Below are positions 21,761 to 36,200 of a DNA stretch of 64,000 bases, in pieces. Source of the stretch: Octopus sinensis (Eukaryota); the NCBI RefSeq assembly GCF_006345805.1, contig NC_043026.1, forward strand, positions 2,604,001 through 2,668,000. Reading direction: 5' to 3'. Position 1 is the first letter of the stretch. The number at the start of each line of letters is the position of its first letter. Below the pieces are notes generated by a model. That model was not told the DNA's origin. It did no database searches and was given only the letters and a program-made list of their open reading frames with translations. The position numbers and the translations under genes are program-made.

Positions 21761-22047
21761 GAGAAACAGGAGAAAAATAATTTAGAATTTAGAAAATTAA
21801 AAAATATCAAAGAAAATTAGAGGAATGATATTTTTTGGCATCGCGATGATGCGACCTCGTAATTAAAGCGTTGTCACGGTTCAATGGTTTCTGTAGTAGA
21901 GATTTTGAAATAGGGTTTTTGAAGGAGGTGGGCAGCGGGTTGAACGAGAGGGAATGTTTAAGGGGCTGCAGCTGGGGGCATACATTATTTGTTGTTGTAT
22001 ATTTATTTCTCTTTTATCAACTTTGCTTCTTTTCTCTTTTTGTTTTG

Positions 22048-22205
22048 GTGGTGGTGGTGGTGGTTGTGGTGGTGGTTGTGGTGGTGGTGGTTGGTGGTGG
22101 TTGTGGTGGTGGTGGTGGTGGTGGTGGTGTGGTGGTGGTGTGGTGGTGGTGTGGTGGTGGTGTGGTGGTGGTGGTGGTGGTGGTGGTGGTGGTGTGGTGG
22201 TGGTG
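22048..22205. repeat. (GGT)n microsatellite
   Basis: Direct inspection. Confidence 0.95.
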
Positions 22206-22703
22206 ACTCTTTTTTTTTCCCCTCTACATTTATAAACGCTAATAAGACGAAATTCTGTGTCGGAAAATCGAATTTTGCAGGTGTTCGATGTATTGATTGG
22301 TGGCGATGTTGTTGTTAAAGGTGGTAGTGGGAACGTAGGGAGGTGGTATAGGTTACTGTGATGTTCAGCTTTTGTATGCTGGAAATAAAGACTCGGGCCC
22401 TTGCACCTGCAAAGGAAAAGTGCCACTGGAAGATCGTTTGGTTTGCCAGATCTTTCTATTTCAACCTTAAAACATTGTTTGGAAAGGATTTTCTTTAGGT
22501 TGGTAGACAAGGGTTTCACGTTGTCACACAGGCATGGGTATGTGTTCAACCTAAAGATGTCCTTTAGTTACATGCCAAACATTAAAAAAATTTCAGTGAA
22601 GACCCTTGAAAGGCCGGGTGCTGATGCAGGGAAGGGTGTGCAATGACTGCCAGGTGGGAGGCCAATTCGAGACCGAGCTTGGATCGTATATGAAGCTGGA
22701 GGT

Positions 22704-23121
22704 GTAGAGATTCTACTCTATGGCTCAGAAACCTGGACGTTATCAAAGAAGCTTGAGAGGCGGTTGGATGGAACCTACACCCGCCTCCTTATGAGAGCTC
22801 AAAATCTCTCGTGGAAGCGTCATCCAACCAAAATGCAAATATATGGGAAACTACCACCTGTGTCATCTCTTGTGAAAGGTAGGAGAGTCCAGTTTGCTGG
22901 ACATTGTTGTAGAGCTGAAAAAGAAGTAATCTCTACTCTTCTCCTCTGGAAGCCATCTACTCGCAATACCAGAGGGCGCACTCTCTCCTACCCTGATGTA
23001 ATCTCCAGGGATACAGGCATCCAGCAACAGGACCTCCGTAATGCCATGATGGACTGTGAAGTCTGGCGTAGCATGGTAAATTCCATTGTCTCGACCACGG
23101 TCGAACAATGGTGATGATGAT
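22704..23121 (+). mobile_element. RTE-clade LINE 3' end (young family)
   Basis: VEILLYGSETWTLSKKLERRLDGTYTRLLM...RRVQFAGHCCRAEKE...RGR...W, ending in a (TGA)n tail; nearly identical copy at 63671-64000. Confidence 0.85.
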
Positions 23122-23360
23122 ATGAGGCTGTGATAGTAATCTGCCTTAACAACCAGAATAATAATAACAGTGGTAGGTAATCCATCAACAACAGAAGTGG
23201 AAACAGCGGTGGCAGCAACCCACAAAGTGGTAGAATCACCAGCACCGACCGCAGCACCACGCCCAGAGGTGACTGCTACACCAGCAGCAGCAGCAGCAGC
23301 TGAACTATCGGTCCCAGGTTCAGAAGTTACAACACTGATGGCAATGCCAGCAGCAGCAGC

Positions 23361-23595
23361 AGTGGAGGCGCAATGGCCCAATGGTTAGGGCAGCGGACAC
23401 ACGGTCGGAGGATCGGGGTTTCGATTCACAGACCGGGCGTTGTGTGTGTTTATTGAGCGAAAACACCTAAAGCTCCACGAGGTTCCGGCAGGGGGTGGTG
23501 GCGACCCCTGTTGTACTCTTTCGCTCCAACTTTCTCTCTCTTTCTTCCTGTTCCTTGACCCCAACTTCCTACGCAACCGCTGAGCCTGGATGCGC
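23361..23595 (+). mobile_element. tRNA-derived SINE (distinct subfamily)
   Basis: gtggaggcgcaatggcccaatggttagggc A-box-like, ggtttcgattc B-box-like, gtgtttattgagcgaaaacac body. Confidence 0.6.
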
Positions 23596-23760
23596 ATTCA
23601 TCCATCCGTCGATGCTCTCGGTATCGGGGGTTGACCTGCTCTCTCTTCTGCAGGTCTTACGAATTGCAAAGGACCACGTTTCGGACTTCTCCCATCTTGC
23701 GAGCTCTGGGACGAAGACCGTTCGCGCAACAGCAACAGCAACAGCAGCAGCAACATCCAA

Positions 23761-24087
23761 AACTGTGGCCAGAATGGAATTACTGAACCTACGCTCTGTA
23801 ATGAGAGCAACTCCAACAACAGCAGCAACATCAGAGACGGAGTCAACGACAGACACAGCAGAGTTGATATAACGGCCAACACTAAAGTTCGGAGATATAA
23901 CGGGTCGACCGAAGCCGCCTTTAAGCAACGTTTATACAAACACCAGTTCGCTTTTAGGATTCTGGAAAGGCGTAAAGTGATGAGCCTGGTCATGCAAGAG
24001 TGGCGCCTAAAGGATCGAGGAAATCCAGATACAACAAGATGGAGGCTCGAAGAAAAACCAGGATCTGAAAGAAATGAGAGTGAATGA
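23761..24087 (+). pseudogene. Degenerate PLE-type GIY-YIG endonuclease fragment (absent from ORF track)
   Basis: NCGQNG...TKVRRYNGSTEAAFKQRLYKHQFAFRILERRKVMSLVMQEWRLKDRGNPDTTRWRLEEK aligns by eye with KKYVGLTEGNFKARFNNHTLSFRHWNKRKATQLSNHIWSLRDKGVDYNIQWKIL of the PLE at 10720. Confidence 0.7.
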
Positions 24088-24289
24088 CACAAGCTTTGCA
24101 CAACAGAGCAAGCTGGGATCTTAAAAGACCCGCTTGACCTGGTGTCTTGCTTCTGCAGCAGGGATTAAAATAGAGGTAACTATAGGGATTAAAGTATTGC
24201 TACTTCCACAGAGATTAAAAAATTGGTCAATGGAGACCAAACGATGGATTACATAGATTAACATATAGAACTCTAACGATAAAATGACT

Positions 24290-27200
24290 GGTTCTAATAC
24301 AGAGATTAAAGTATAGGTCTATGGAGATTAACGTATTAGCCTATGAAGATAAAAGGATTGAGTCTAATACAGAGATTAAACTAACGGTTTATGGAGATTA
24401 CCGTAATAGCCTATGAAGATAAAAGTATTGAGTCTAATACAGAGATTAAACTAACGGTTTATGGAGATTAACGTATTAGTCTATGAAGATAAAAGTATTA
24501 AGACTAATACAGAGATTCAAGAAACGGTTTATGGAGATTAACGGATTAGCCTATGAAGATAAAAGTATTGAGTCTAATATAGAGATTAAAGAAACAGTTT
24601 ATGGGGATTAACGTATTAGCCTATGAAGATAAAAGTATTGAGTCTAATACAGAGATTAAAGTAACGGTTTATGGAGATTAACATATTAGCCTATGAATAT
24701 AAAAGTATTGGTTCTAATACAGAGATTAAAGAAACGGTTTATGGAGATTAACAAATTAGCCTATGAAGATAAAAGGATTGGTTCTAATACAGAGATTAAA
24801 GTATAGGTCTATGGAGATTAACGTATTAGCCTATGAAGATAAAAGTATTGAGTCTAATATAGAGATTAAAGTATAGGTCTATGGAGATTAACGTATTAGC
24901 CTATGAAGATAAAAGTATTGCGTCTAAAACAGAGATTAAAGTATAGGTCTATGGAGATTAACATATTAGCCTATGAAGATAAAAGTATTTAGTCTAATAC
25001 AAAGATTAAAGAAACTGTTTCTGGAGATTAACGCATTAGCCTATGAAGATAAAAGTATTGAGTCTAATACAGAGATTAAAGTATAGGTCTATGGAGATTA
25101 ACGTATTAGCCTATGAAGAAAAAAGTATTGAGTCTAATATAGAGATTAAAGTATAGGTCTATGGAGATTAACGTATTAGCCTATGAAGATAAAAGTATTG
25201 AGTCTAATATAGAGATTAAAGTATAGGTCTATGGAGATTAACGTAATACCATATGAAGATAAAAGTATTGAGTGTAATACAGAGATTAAAGTATAGGTCT
25301 ATGGAGATTAACGTATTAGCCTATGAAGATAAACGTATTGAGTCTAATACAGAGATTAAAGTATAGTCTATGGAGATTAACGTATTAGCCTATGAAGATA
25401 AAAGTATTGAGTCTAATACAGAGATTAAAGAAACGGTTTATGGAGATTAACATATTAGCCTATGAAGATAAAAGTATTGCGTCTAAAACAGAGATTAAAG
25501 TATAGGTCTATGGAGATTAACGTATCAGCCTATGAAGATAAAAGTATGGAGTCTAATACAGAGATTAAAGTAACGGTTTATGGAGATTAACGTATTAGCC
25601 TATGAAGATAAAAGTATCGAGTCTAACATAGAGATTAAACTATAGGTCTATGGAGATTAACGTATTAGCCTATGAAGATAAAAGTATTGCGTCTAAAACA
25701 GAGATTAAAGTATAGGTCTATGGAGATTAACGTATTGGCCTATGAAGATAAAAGTATTGAGTCTAATACAGAGATTAAAGAAACGGTTTATGGATATTAA
25801 CGTATTAGCCTATGAATATAAAAGTATTGAGTCTAATACAGAGATTAAAGTATAGGTCTATGGAGATTAACGTATTAGCCTATGAAGATAAAAGTATTGA
25901 GTCTAATGTAGAGATTAAAGTATAGGTCTATGGAGATTAACGTATCAGCCTATGAAGATTAAAGTATTGAGTCTAATACAGAGATTAAAGTATAGGTCTA
26001 TGGAGATTAACGTATTAGCCTATGAAGGTAAAAGTGTTGAGTCTAATACAGATATTAAAGTATAGGTCTATGGAGATTAACGTATTAGACTATGAAGATA
26101 AAAGTATTGAGACTAATACACAGATTAAAGAAACGGTTTATGGAGATTAACGTATTAGCCTATGAAGATAAAAGTATTGAGTCTAATATAGAGATTAAAG
26201 TATAGGTCTATGGAGATTAACGTATTAGCCTATGAAGATAAAAGTATTACGTCTAAAACAGAGATTAAATTATAGGTCTATGGAGATTAACGTATTAGCC
26301 TATGAAGATAAAAGTATTGAGTCTAATACAGAGATTAAAGTAACGGTTTATGGAGATTAACGTATTAGCCTATGAAGATAAAAGTATTGAGTCTAATATA
26401 GAGATTAAAGTATAGGTCTATGGAGATTAACGTATTAGCCTATGAAGATAAAAGTATTGAGTCTAAAACAGAGATTAAAGTATAGGTCTATGGAGATTAA
26501 CGTATTAGCCTATGAAGATAGAAGTATTGAGTCTAATACAGAGATTAAAGTATAGGTCTATGGAGATTAACGTATTAGCCTATGAAGATAAAAGTATTGA
26601 GTTTAATATAGAGATTAAAGTATAGGTCTATGGAGATTAACGAATCAGCCTATGAAGATAAAAGTATCGAGTCTAATATAGAGATTAAAGTATAGGTCTA
26701 TGGAGATTAAGTTATTAGCCTATGAAGATAAAAGTATTGCATCTAATATAGAGATTAAAGTATAGGTCTATGGAGATTAACGTATTAGCCTATGAAGATA
26801 AAATTATTGCGTCTAAAACAGAGATTAAAGTATAGGTCTATGGAGATTAAGGTATTAGCCTATGAAGATAAAAGTATTGCGTCTAATATAGAGACTAAAG
26901 TATAGGTCTATGGAGATTAACGTATTAGCCTACGGAGATAAAAGTATTGAGTCTAATATAGAGATTAAAGTATAGGTCTATGGAGATTAACGTATTAGCC
27001 TATGAAGATAAAAGTATTGAGTCTAATATAGAGATTAAAGTATAGGTCTATGGAGATTAACGTATTAGCCTATGAAGATAAAAGTATTGCGTCTAATATA
27101 GAGATTAAAGTATAGGTCTATGGAGATTAACGTATTAGCCTATGACGATAAAGTATTGAGTCTAATAAGAGATTAAAGTATAGGTCTATGGAGATTAACA

Positions 27201-30200
27201 TTAGCCTATGAAGATAAAATTATTGCGTCTAAAACAGAGATTAAAGTAAGGTCTATGGAGATTAACGTATTAGCCTATGAAGATAAAAGTATTGCGTCTA
27301 AAACAGAGATTAAAGTATAGGTCTATGGAGATTAACGTATTAGCTTATGAAGAGAAAAGTATGGATTCTAATACAGAGATTAAAGAAACGGTTTATGGAG
27401 ATTAACGTATTAGCCTATGAAGATTAATGTATTGAGTCTAATACAGAGATTAATGTATAGGTCTATGGAGATTAACGTATTAGCCTATGAAGATAAAAGT
27501 ATTGGGTCTAATACAGAGATTAAAGTATAGGTCTATGGAGATAACGTATTAGCCTATGAAGATAAAAGTATTGAGTCTAATATAGAGATTAAAGTATAGG
27601 TCTATGGAGATTAACGTATTAGCCTATGAATATGAAAGTATTGAGTCTAATATAGAGATTAAAGTATAGGTCTATGGAGATTAACGTATCAGACTATGAA
27701 GATAAAAGTATTGAGTCTAATACACAGATTAAAGTAACGGTTTATGGAGATTAACGTACTAGCCTATGAAGATAAAAGTATTGAGTTTAATAGACAGATT
27801 AATGTATAGGTCTATGGAGATTAACGTATTAGCCTATGAAGGTAAAAGTATTGAGTCTAATATAGAGATTAAAGTATAGGTCTATGGAGATTATCGTATT
27901 AGCCAATGAAGATAAAAGTATTGAGTCTAATACAGAGATTAAAGTATAGGTCTATGGAGATTAACGTATTAGACTATGAAGATAAAAGTATTGAGTCTAA
28001 TACAGATATTAAAGTAACAGTTTATGGAGATTATCGTGTTAGCCTATGAAGATAAAAGTATTGAGTCTAATACAGAGATTAAAGTATAGGTCTATGGAGA
28101 TTAACGTATTAGTCTATGAAGATAAAAGTATTGAGTCTAATACAGAGATTAAACAAACGGTTTATGGAGATTAACGTATTAGCCTATGAGGTTAAAAGTA
28201 TTGAGTCTAATATAGAGATTAAAGTATAGGTCTATGGAGATTAAGCTATTAGCCTATGAAGATAAAAGTATTGCGTCTAAAACAGAGATTAAAGTATAGG
28301 CCTATGGAGATTAACGTATTGGCCTATGAAGATAAAAGTATTGAGTCTACTACAGAGAGTAAAGAAACGGTTTATGGATATTAACGTATTAGCCTATGAA
28401 GATAAAAGTATCGAGTCTAATATAGAGATTAAAGTATAGGTCTATGGAGATTAACGTATCAGCCTATGAAGATAAAAATATTGAGTCTAATATAGAGATT
28501 AAAGTATAGGTCTATGGAGATTAACGTATTAGCCTATGAAGATAAAAGTATGGAGTCTAATACAGAGATTAAAGTAACGGTTTATGGAGATTAACGTATT
28601 AGCCTATGAAGATAAAAGTATCGAGTCTAATATAGAGATTAAAGTATAGGTCTATGGAGATCAACGTATTAGCCTATGAAGATAAAAGTATTGCGTCTAA
28701 AACAGAGATTAAAGTATAGTTCTATGGAGATTAACATATTGGCCTATGAAGATAAAAGTATTGAGTCTAATACAGAGATTAAAGAAACGGTTTATGGAGA
28801 TTAACGTATCAGCATATGAAGATAAACGTATTGAGTCTAATACAGAGATTAAAGAATAGGTCTATGGAGATTAACGTATTAGCCTATGAAGATAAAAGGA
28901 TTGAGTCTAATACAGAGATTAAAGAAACGGTTTATGGAGATTAACGTATTAGCCTATGAAGATAAAAGTATTGAGTTTAATATAGAGATTAAAGTAAAGG
29001 TCTATGGAGATTAACGTATTAGCCTATGAAGATAAAAGTATTGCGTCTAATATAGAGACTAAAGTATAGGTCTATGGAGATTAACGTATTAGCCTACGGA
29101 GATAAAAGTATTGAGTCTAATATAGAGATTAAAATATAGGTCTATGGAGATTAACGTATTAGCCTATGAAGAGAAAAGTATTGAGTGTAATATAGAGATT
29201 AAAGTATAGGTCTATGGAGATTAATGTATTAGCCTATGAAGATAAAAGTATTGCGTCTAATATAGAGATTAAAGTATAAGTCTATGGAGATTAACGTATT
29301 AGCCTACGGAGAAAAAAGTATTGAGTCTTATATAGAGATTAAAGTATAGGTCTATGGAGATTAACGTATTAGCCTATGAAGATAAAAGTATTGCGTCTAA
29401 TATAGAGATTAAAGTATAGGTCTATGGAGATTAACGTATTAGCCTATGAAGATAAAATTATTGAGTCTAATATAGAGATTAAAGTATAGGTCAATGGAGA
29501 TTAACGTATTAGCCTATGAAGATAAAATTATTGCGTCTAAAACAGAGATTAAAGTATAGGTCTATGGAGATTAACGTATTAGCCTATGAAGATAAAAGTA
29601 TTGCATCAAAAACAGAGATTAAAGTATATGTCTATGGAGATTAACGTATTAGCCTATGAAGATAAAAGTATTGAGTCTAATACAGAGATTAAAGAAACGG
29701 TTTATGGAGATTAACGTATTAGCCTATGAAGATAAAAGTATTGAGTCTAATACAGAGATTAATGTATTGGTCTATGGAGATTAACGTTTTAGACTATGAA
29801 GATAAAAGTAGTGCGTCTAATATAGAGACTAAAGTATAGGTCTATGGAGATTAACGTATTAGCCTACGGAGATAAAAGTATTGAGTTTAATATAGAGATT
29901 AAAATATAGGTCTATGGAGATTAACGTATTAGCCTATGAAGATAAAAGTATTGAGTCTAATATAGAGATTAAAGTATAGGTCTATGGAGATTAATGTATT
30001 AGCCTATGAAGATAAAAGTATTGCGTCTAATATAGAGATTAAAGTATAAGTCTATGGAGATTAACGTATTAGCCTACGGAGAAAAAAGTATTGAGTCTTA
30101 TATAGAGATTAAAGTATAGGTCTATGGAGATTAACGTATTAGCCTATGAAGATAAAAGTATTGCGTCTAATATAGAGATTAAAGTATAGGTCTATGGAGA

Positions 30201-33200
30201 TTAACGTATTAGCCTATGAAGATAAAAGTATTGAGTCTAATATAGAGATTAAAGTATCGGTCTATGGAGATTAACGTATTAGCCTATGAAGATAAAATTA
30301 TTGCGTCTAAAACAGAGATTAAAGTATAGGTCTATGGAGATTAACGTATTAGCCTATGAAGATAAAAGTATTGCGTCTAAAACAGAGATTAAAGTATATG
30401 TCTATGGAGATTAACGTATTAGCCTATGAAGATAAAAGTATTGAGTCTAATACAGAGATTAAAGAAACGGTTTATGGAGATTAACGTATTAGCCTATGAA
30501 GATAAAAGTATTGAGTCTAATACAGAGATTAATGTATTGGTCTATGGAGATTAACGTTTTAGCCTATGAAGATAAAAGTATTGCGTCTAATATAGAGACT
30601 AAAGTATAGGTCTATGGAGATTAACGTATTAGCCTACGGAGATAAAATATTGAGTCTTATATAGAGATTAAAGTATAGGTCTATGGAGATTAACGTATTA
30701 GCCTATGAAGATAAAAGTATTGCGTCTAATATAGAGATTAAAGTATAAGTCTATGGAGATTAACGTATTAGCCTATGAAGATAAAAGTATTGAGTCTAAA
30801 ACAGAGATTAAAGTATAGGTCTATGGAGATTAACGTATTAGCCTATGAAGATAAAAGTATTGCGTCTAATATAGAGATTAAAGTATAGGTCTATGGAGAT
30901 TATCGTATTAGCCTATGAAGATAAAATATTGAGTCTAATATAGAGATTAAAGTATAGGTCTATGGAGATTAACGTATTAGCCTATGAAGATAAAATTATT
31001 GCGTCTAAAACAGAGATTAAAGTATAGGTCTATGGAGATTAACGTATTAGCCTATGAAGATAAAAGTATTGCGTCTAAAACAGAGATTAAAGTATATGTC
31101 TATGGAGATTAACGTATTAGCCTATGAAGATAAAAGTATTGAGTCTAATACAGAGATTAAAGAAACGGTTTATGGAGATTAACGTATTAGCCTATGAAGA
31201 TAAAAGTATTGGGTCTAATACAGAGATTAATGTATAGGTCTATGGAGATTAACGTTTTAGCCTATGAAGATAAAAGTATTGAGTCTAATACAGAGATTAA
31301 AGTATAGGTCTATGGAGATTAACGTATTAGCCTATGAAGATAAAAGTATTGAGTCTAATATAGAGATTAAAGTATAGGTCTATGGAGATTAACGTATTAG
31401 CCTATGAAGATAAAAGTATTGCGTTCAATATAGAGATTAAAGTATAGGTCTACGGAGAGTAACGTGTTAGCCTATGAAGATAAAATTATTGAGTCTAATA
31501 TAGAGATTAAAGTATAGGTCTATGGAGATTAACGTATTAACCAATGAAGATAAAATTATTGCGTCTTATACAGAGATTAAAGTATAGGTCTATGGAGATT
31601 AACGTATTAGCCTATGAAGATAAAAGTATTGCGTCTAAAACAGAGATTAAAGTATAGGTCTATGGAGATTAACGTATTAGCCTATGAAGATAAAAGTATT
31701 AAGTCTAATACAGAGATTAAAGAAACGGTTTATGGAGATTAACGTATTAGCCTATGAAGATAAAAGTATTGAGTCTAATATAGAGATTAAAGTATAGGTC
31801 TATGGAGATTAACGTATTAGCCTATGAAGATAAAATTATTGAGTCTAATATAGAGATTAAAGTATAGGTCTATGGAGATTAACGTATTAGCCTATGAATA
31901 TAAAAGTATTGAGTCTAATATAGAGATTAAAGTATAGGTCTATGGAGATTAAGGTATTAGCCTATGAAGATAAAAGTATTGAGTCTAATATAGAGATTAA
32001 AGAAACGGTCTATGGAGATTAACGTATTAGCCTATGAAGATAAAAGTATTGAGTCTAAGAAACAGATTAAAGTAACGGTTTATGGAGAGTAACGTATTAG
32101 CCTATGAAGATAAAAGTATTGAGTCTAATATAGAGATTAAAGTATAGGTCTATGGAGATTAACGTATTAGCCTATGAAGATAAAAGTATTGAGTCTAATA
32201 CAGAGATTAAAGAAACGGTTTATGGAGATTAACTTATTAGCCTATGAAGATAAAAGTATTGAGTCTAATACAGAGATTAAAGTATAGGTCTATGGAGATT
32301 AACGTATTAGCCTATGAAGATAAAAGTTTTGAGTCTAATACAGAGATTAAAGTATAGGTCTATGGAGATTAACGTATTAGCCTATGAAGATAAAAGTATT
32401 GAGTCTAAAACAGAGATTAAAGTATAGGTCTATGGAGATTAAGGTATTAGCCTATGAAGATAAAAGTATTGCGTCTAATATAGAGACTAAAGTATAGGTC
32501 TATGGAGATTAACGTATTAGCCTATGAAGATAAAATTATTGAGTCTAAAACAGAGATTAAAGTATAGGTCTATGGAGATTAACGTATTAGCCTATGAAGA
32601 TAAACGTATTGAGTCTAATATAGAGATTAAAGTATAGGTCTATGGAGATTATCGTATTAGCCTATGAAGATAAAAGTATTGAGTCTAATATAGAGATTAT
32701 ATTATAGGTCTATGGAGATTAACGTATTAGCCTATGAAGATAAAATTATTGCGTCTAAAACAGAGATTAAAGTATAGGTCTATGGAGATTAAGGTATTAG
32801 CCTATGAAGAAAAATGTATTGCGTCTAAAACAGAGATTAAAGTATATGTCTATGGAGATTAACGTATTAGCCTATGAAGATAAAAGTACTGAGTCTAATA
32901 CAGAGATTAAAGAAACGGTTTATGGAGATTAACGTATTAGCCTATGAATATAAAAGTATTGAGTCTAATACAGAGATTAATGTATAGGTCTATGGAGATT
33001 AACGTTTTCGCCTATGAAGATAAAAGTATTGAGTCTGATACAGAGATTAAAGTATAGGTCTATGGAGATTAACGTATTAGCCTATGAAGATAAAAGTATT
33101 GAGTCTAATATAGAGAGTAAATTATAGGTCTATGGAGATTAACGTATTAGCCTATGAAGATAAAAGTATTGCATTTAATATAGAGATTAAAGTATAGGTC

Positions 33201-36200
33201 TATGGAGATTAACGTATTAGCCAATGAAGATAAAATTATTGCGTCTAAAAAAGAGATTAATGTATAGGTCTATGGAGATTAACGTATTAGCCTATGAAGA
33301 TAAAAGTATTGCGTCTAAAACAGAGATTAAAGTATAGGTCTATGGAGATTAACGTATTAGCCTATGAAGATAAAAGTATTGAGTCTAATACAGAGATTAA
33401 AGAAACGGTTTATGGAGATTAACGTATTAGCCTATGAAGATAAAAGTATTGAGTCTAATACAGAGATTAAAGTATAGGTCTATGGAGATTAACGTTTTAG
33501 CCTATGAAGATAAAATTATTGAGTCTAATACAGAGATTAAAGTATAGGTCTATGGAGATTAACGTATTAGCCTATGAATATAAAAGTATTGAGTCTAATA
33601 TAGAGATTAAAGTATAGGTCTATGGAGATTAAGGTATTAGCCTATGAAGATAAAAGTATTGAGTCTAATACAGAGATTAAAGTAACGGTCTATGGAGATT
33701 AACGTATTAGCCTATGAAGATAAAAGTATTGAGTCTAAGAAACAGATTAAAGTAACGGTTTATGGAGATTAACGTATTAGCCTATGAAGATAAAAGTATT
33801 GAGTCTAATATAGAGATTAAAGTATAGGTCTATGGAGATTAACGTATTAGCCTATGAAGATAAAAGTATTGAGTCTATACACAGATTAAAGTAATGGTTT
33901 ATGGAGATTAACGTATTAGCTTATGAAGATAAAAGTATTGAGTCTAATACACAGATTAAAGTATAGGTCTATGGAGATTAACGTATTAGCATATGAAGAT
34001 AAAAGTATTGAGTGTAATACAGAGATTAAAGTATAGGTCTATGGAGATTAACTTATTAGCCTATGAAGATAAACGTATTGAGTCTAATAGAGAGATTAAA
34101 CTATAGTCTATGGAGATTAACGTATTAGCCTATGAATATAAACGTATTGAGTCTAATACAGAGATTAAAGTAACGTTTTATGGAGATTAAGGTATTAGCC
34201 TATGAAGATAAAAGTATTGAGTCTAATACACAGATTAAAGTATAGGTCTATGGAGATTAACGTATTAGCCTATGAAGATAAAAATATTGAGTCTAATATA
34301 GAGATTCAAGTATAGGTCTATGGAGATTAACGTATTAGCCTATGAAGATAAAAGTTTTGAGTCTAATACAGAGATTAAAGTATAGGTCTATGGAGATTAA
34401 CGTATTAGCCTATGAAGATAAATGTATTGAGTCTAATATAGAGATTAAATTATAGGTCTATGGAGATTAACGTATTAGACTATGAAGATTATAGTATTGA
34501 GTCTAATACAGAGATTAAAGAAACGGTTTATGGAGATTAACGTATTAGCCTATTTAGATAAATGTATCGAGTCTAATATAGAGATTAAAGTATAGGTCTA
34601 TGGAGATTAACGTATTAGCCTATGAAGATAAAAGTATTGAGTCTAATATAGAGATTAAAGTATAGGTCTATGGAGATTAACGTATTAGCCTATGAAGATA
34701 AAAGTACTGAGTCTAATATAGAGATTAAAGTATAGGTCTATGAAGATTAACGTATTAGACTATGAAGATAAAAGTATTGAGTCTGATACAGAGATTAAAG
34801 AAACGGTTTACGGAGATTAACCTATTAGCCTATTTAGATAAAAGTATCGAGTCTAATATAGAGATTAAAGTATAGGTCTATGGAGATTAACGTATTAGCC
34901 TATGAAGATAAAAGTATTGCGTCTAAAAGAGAGATTAAAGTATAGGTCTATGGAGATTAACGTATTAGCCTATGAAGATAAAAGTATTGCGTCTAATACA
35001 GATATTAAAGTAACGGTTTATGGAGATTAACGTATTAGCCTATGAAGATAAAAGTATTGATTCTAATAAACAGATTAAAGTAACGGTTTATGGAGTTTAA
35101 CGTATTAGCCTATGAAGATAAATGTATTGAGTCTATTATAGAGATTAAAGTATAGGTCTATGGAGATTAACGTATTAGCCTATGAAGATAAAAGTATTGA
35201 GTCTAATATAGAGATTAAAGTAACGGTTTATGGAGATTAACGTATTAGCCTATGAAGATAAAAGTATTGAGTCTAATACACAGATTAAAGTATAGGTCTG
35301 TGGAGATTAACGTATTACCATATGAAGATAAAAGTATTGAGTGTAATACAGAGATTAAAGTATAGGTCTATGGAGATTAACGTATTAGCCTATGAAGATA
35401 AACGTATTGAGTCTAATACAGAGATTAAAGTAACGGTTTATGGAGATTATCGTATTAGCCAATGAAGATAAAAGTATTGAGTCTAATACAGAGATTAAAG
35501 TATAGGTCTATGGAGATTAACGTATTAGACTATGAAGATAAAGTATTGAGTCTAATACAGATATTAAAGTAACAGTTTATGGAGATTATCGTGTTAGCCT
35601 ATGAAGATAAAAGTATTGAGTCTAATACAGAGATTAAAGTATAGGTCTATGGAGATTAACGTATTAGCCTATGAAGATAAAAGTATTGAGTCTAATACAG
35701 AGATTAAACAAACGGTTTATGGAGATTAACGTATTAGCCTATGAGGTTAAAGTATTGAGTCTAATATAGAGATTAAAGTATAGGTCTATGGAGATTAAGC
35801 TATTAGCCTATGAAGATAAAGTATTGCGTCTAAACAGAGATTAAAGTATAGGCCTATGGAGATTAACGTATTGGCCTATGAAGATAAAAGTATTGAGTCT
35901 ACTACAGAGAGTAAAGAAACGGTTTATGGATATTAACGTATTAGCCTATGAAGATAAAAGTATCGAGTCTAATATAGAGATTAAAGTATAGGTCTATGGA
36001 GATTAACGTATCAGCCTATGAAGATAAAAATATTGAGTCTAATATAGAGATTAAAGTATAGGTCTATGGAGATTAACGTATCAGCCTATGAAGATAAAAG
36101 TATGGAGTCTAATACAGAGATTAAAGTAACGGTTTATGGAGATTAACGTATTAGCCTATGAAGATAAAAGTATCGAGTCTAATATAGAGATTAATGTATA

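Noticed and set aside
20254-21820. Long YI/HT/CV-rich ORFs (also at 10062-10405, 46464-48068, 55991-56895, 61007-63797)
   Set aside because: Read-through of (TA)n, (CA)n, (GA)n, (TAGA)n and (TATG)n microsatellites and SINEs.
21830-22600. 222-aa proline/histidine-rich minus ORF
   Set aside because: Dominated by (GGT)n; the unique parts show no motif I could recognise.
22863-23872. Ala/Thr/Gln-rich ORFs as host exons
   Set aside because: Low-complexity CAG/ACA repeats plus SINE sequence; only the GIY-YIG remnant frame is recognisable.
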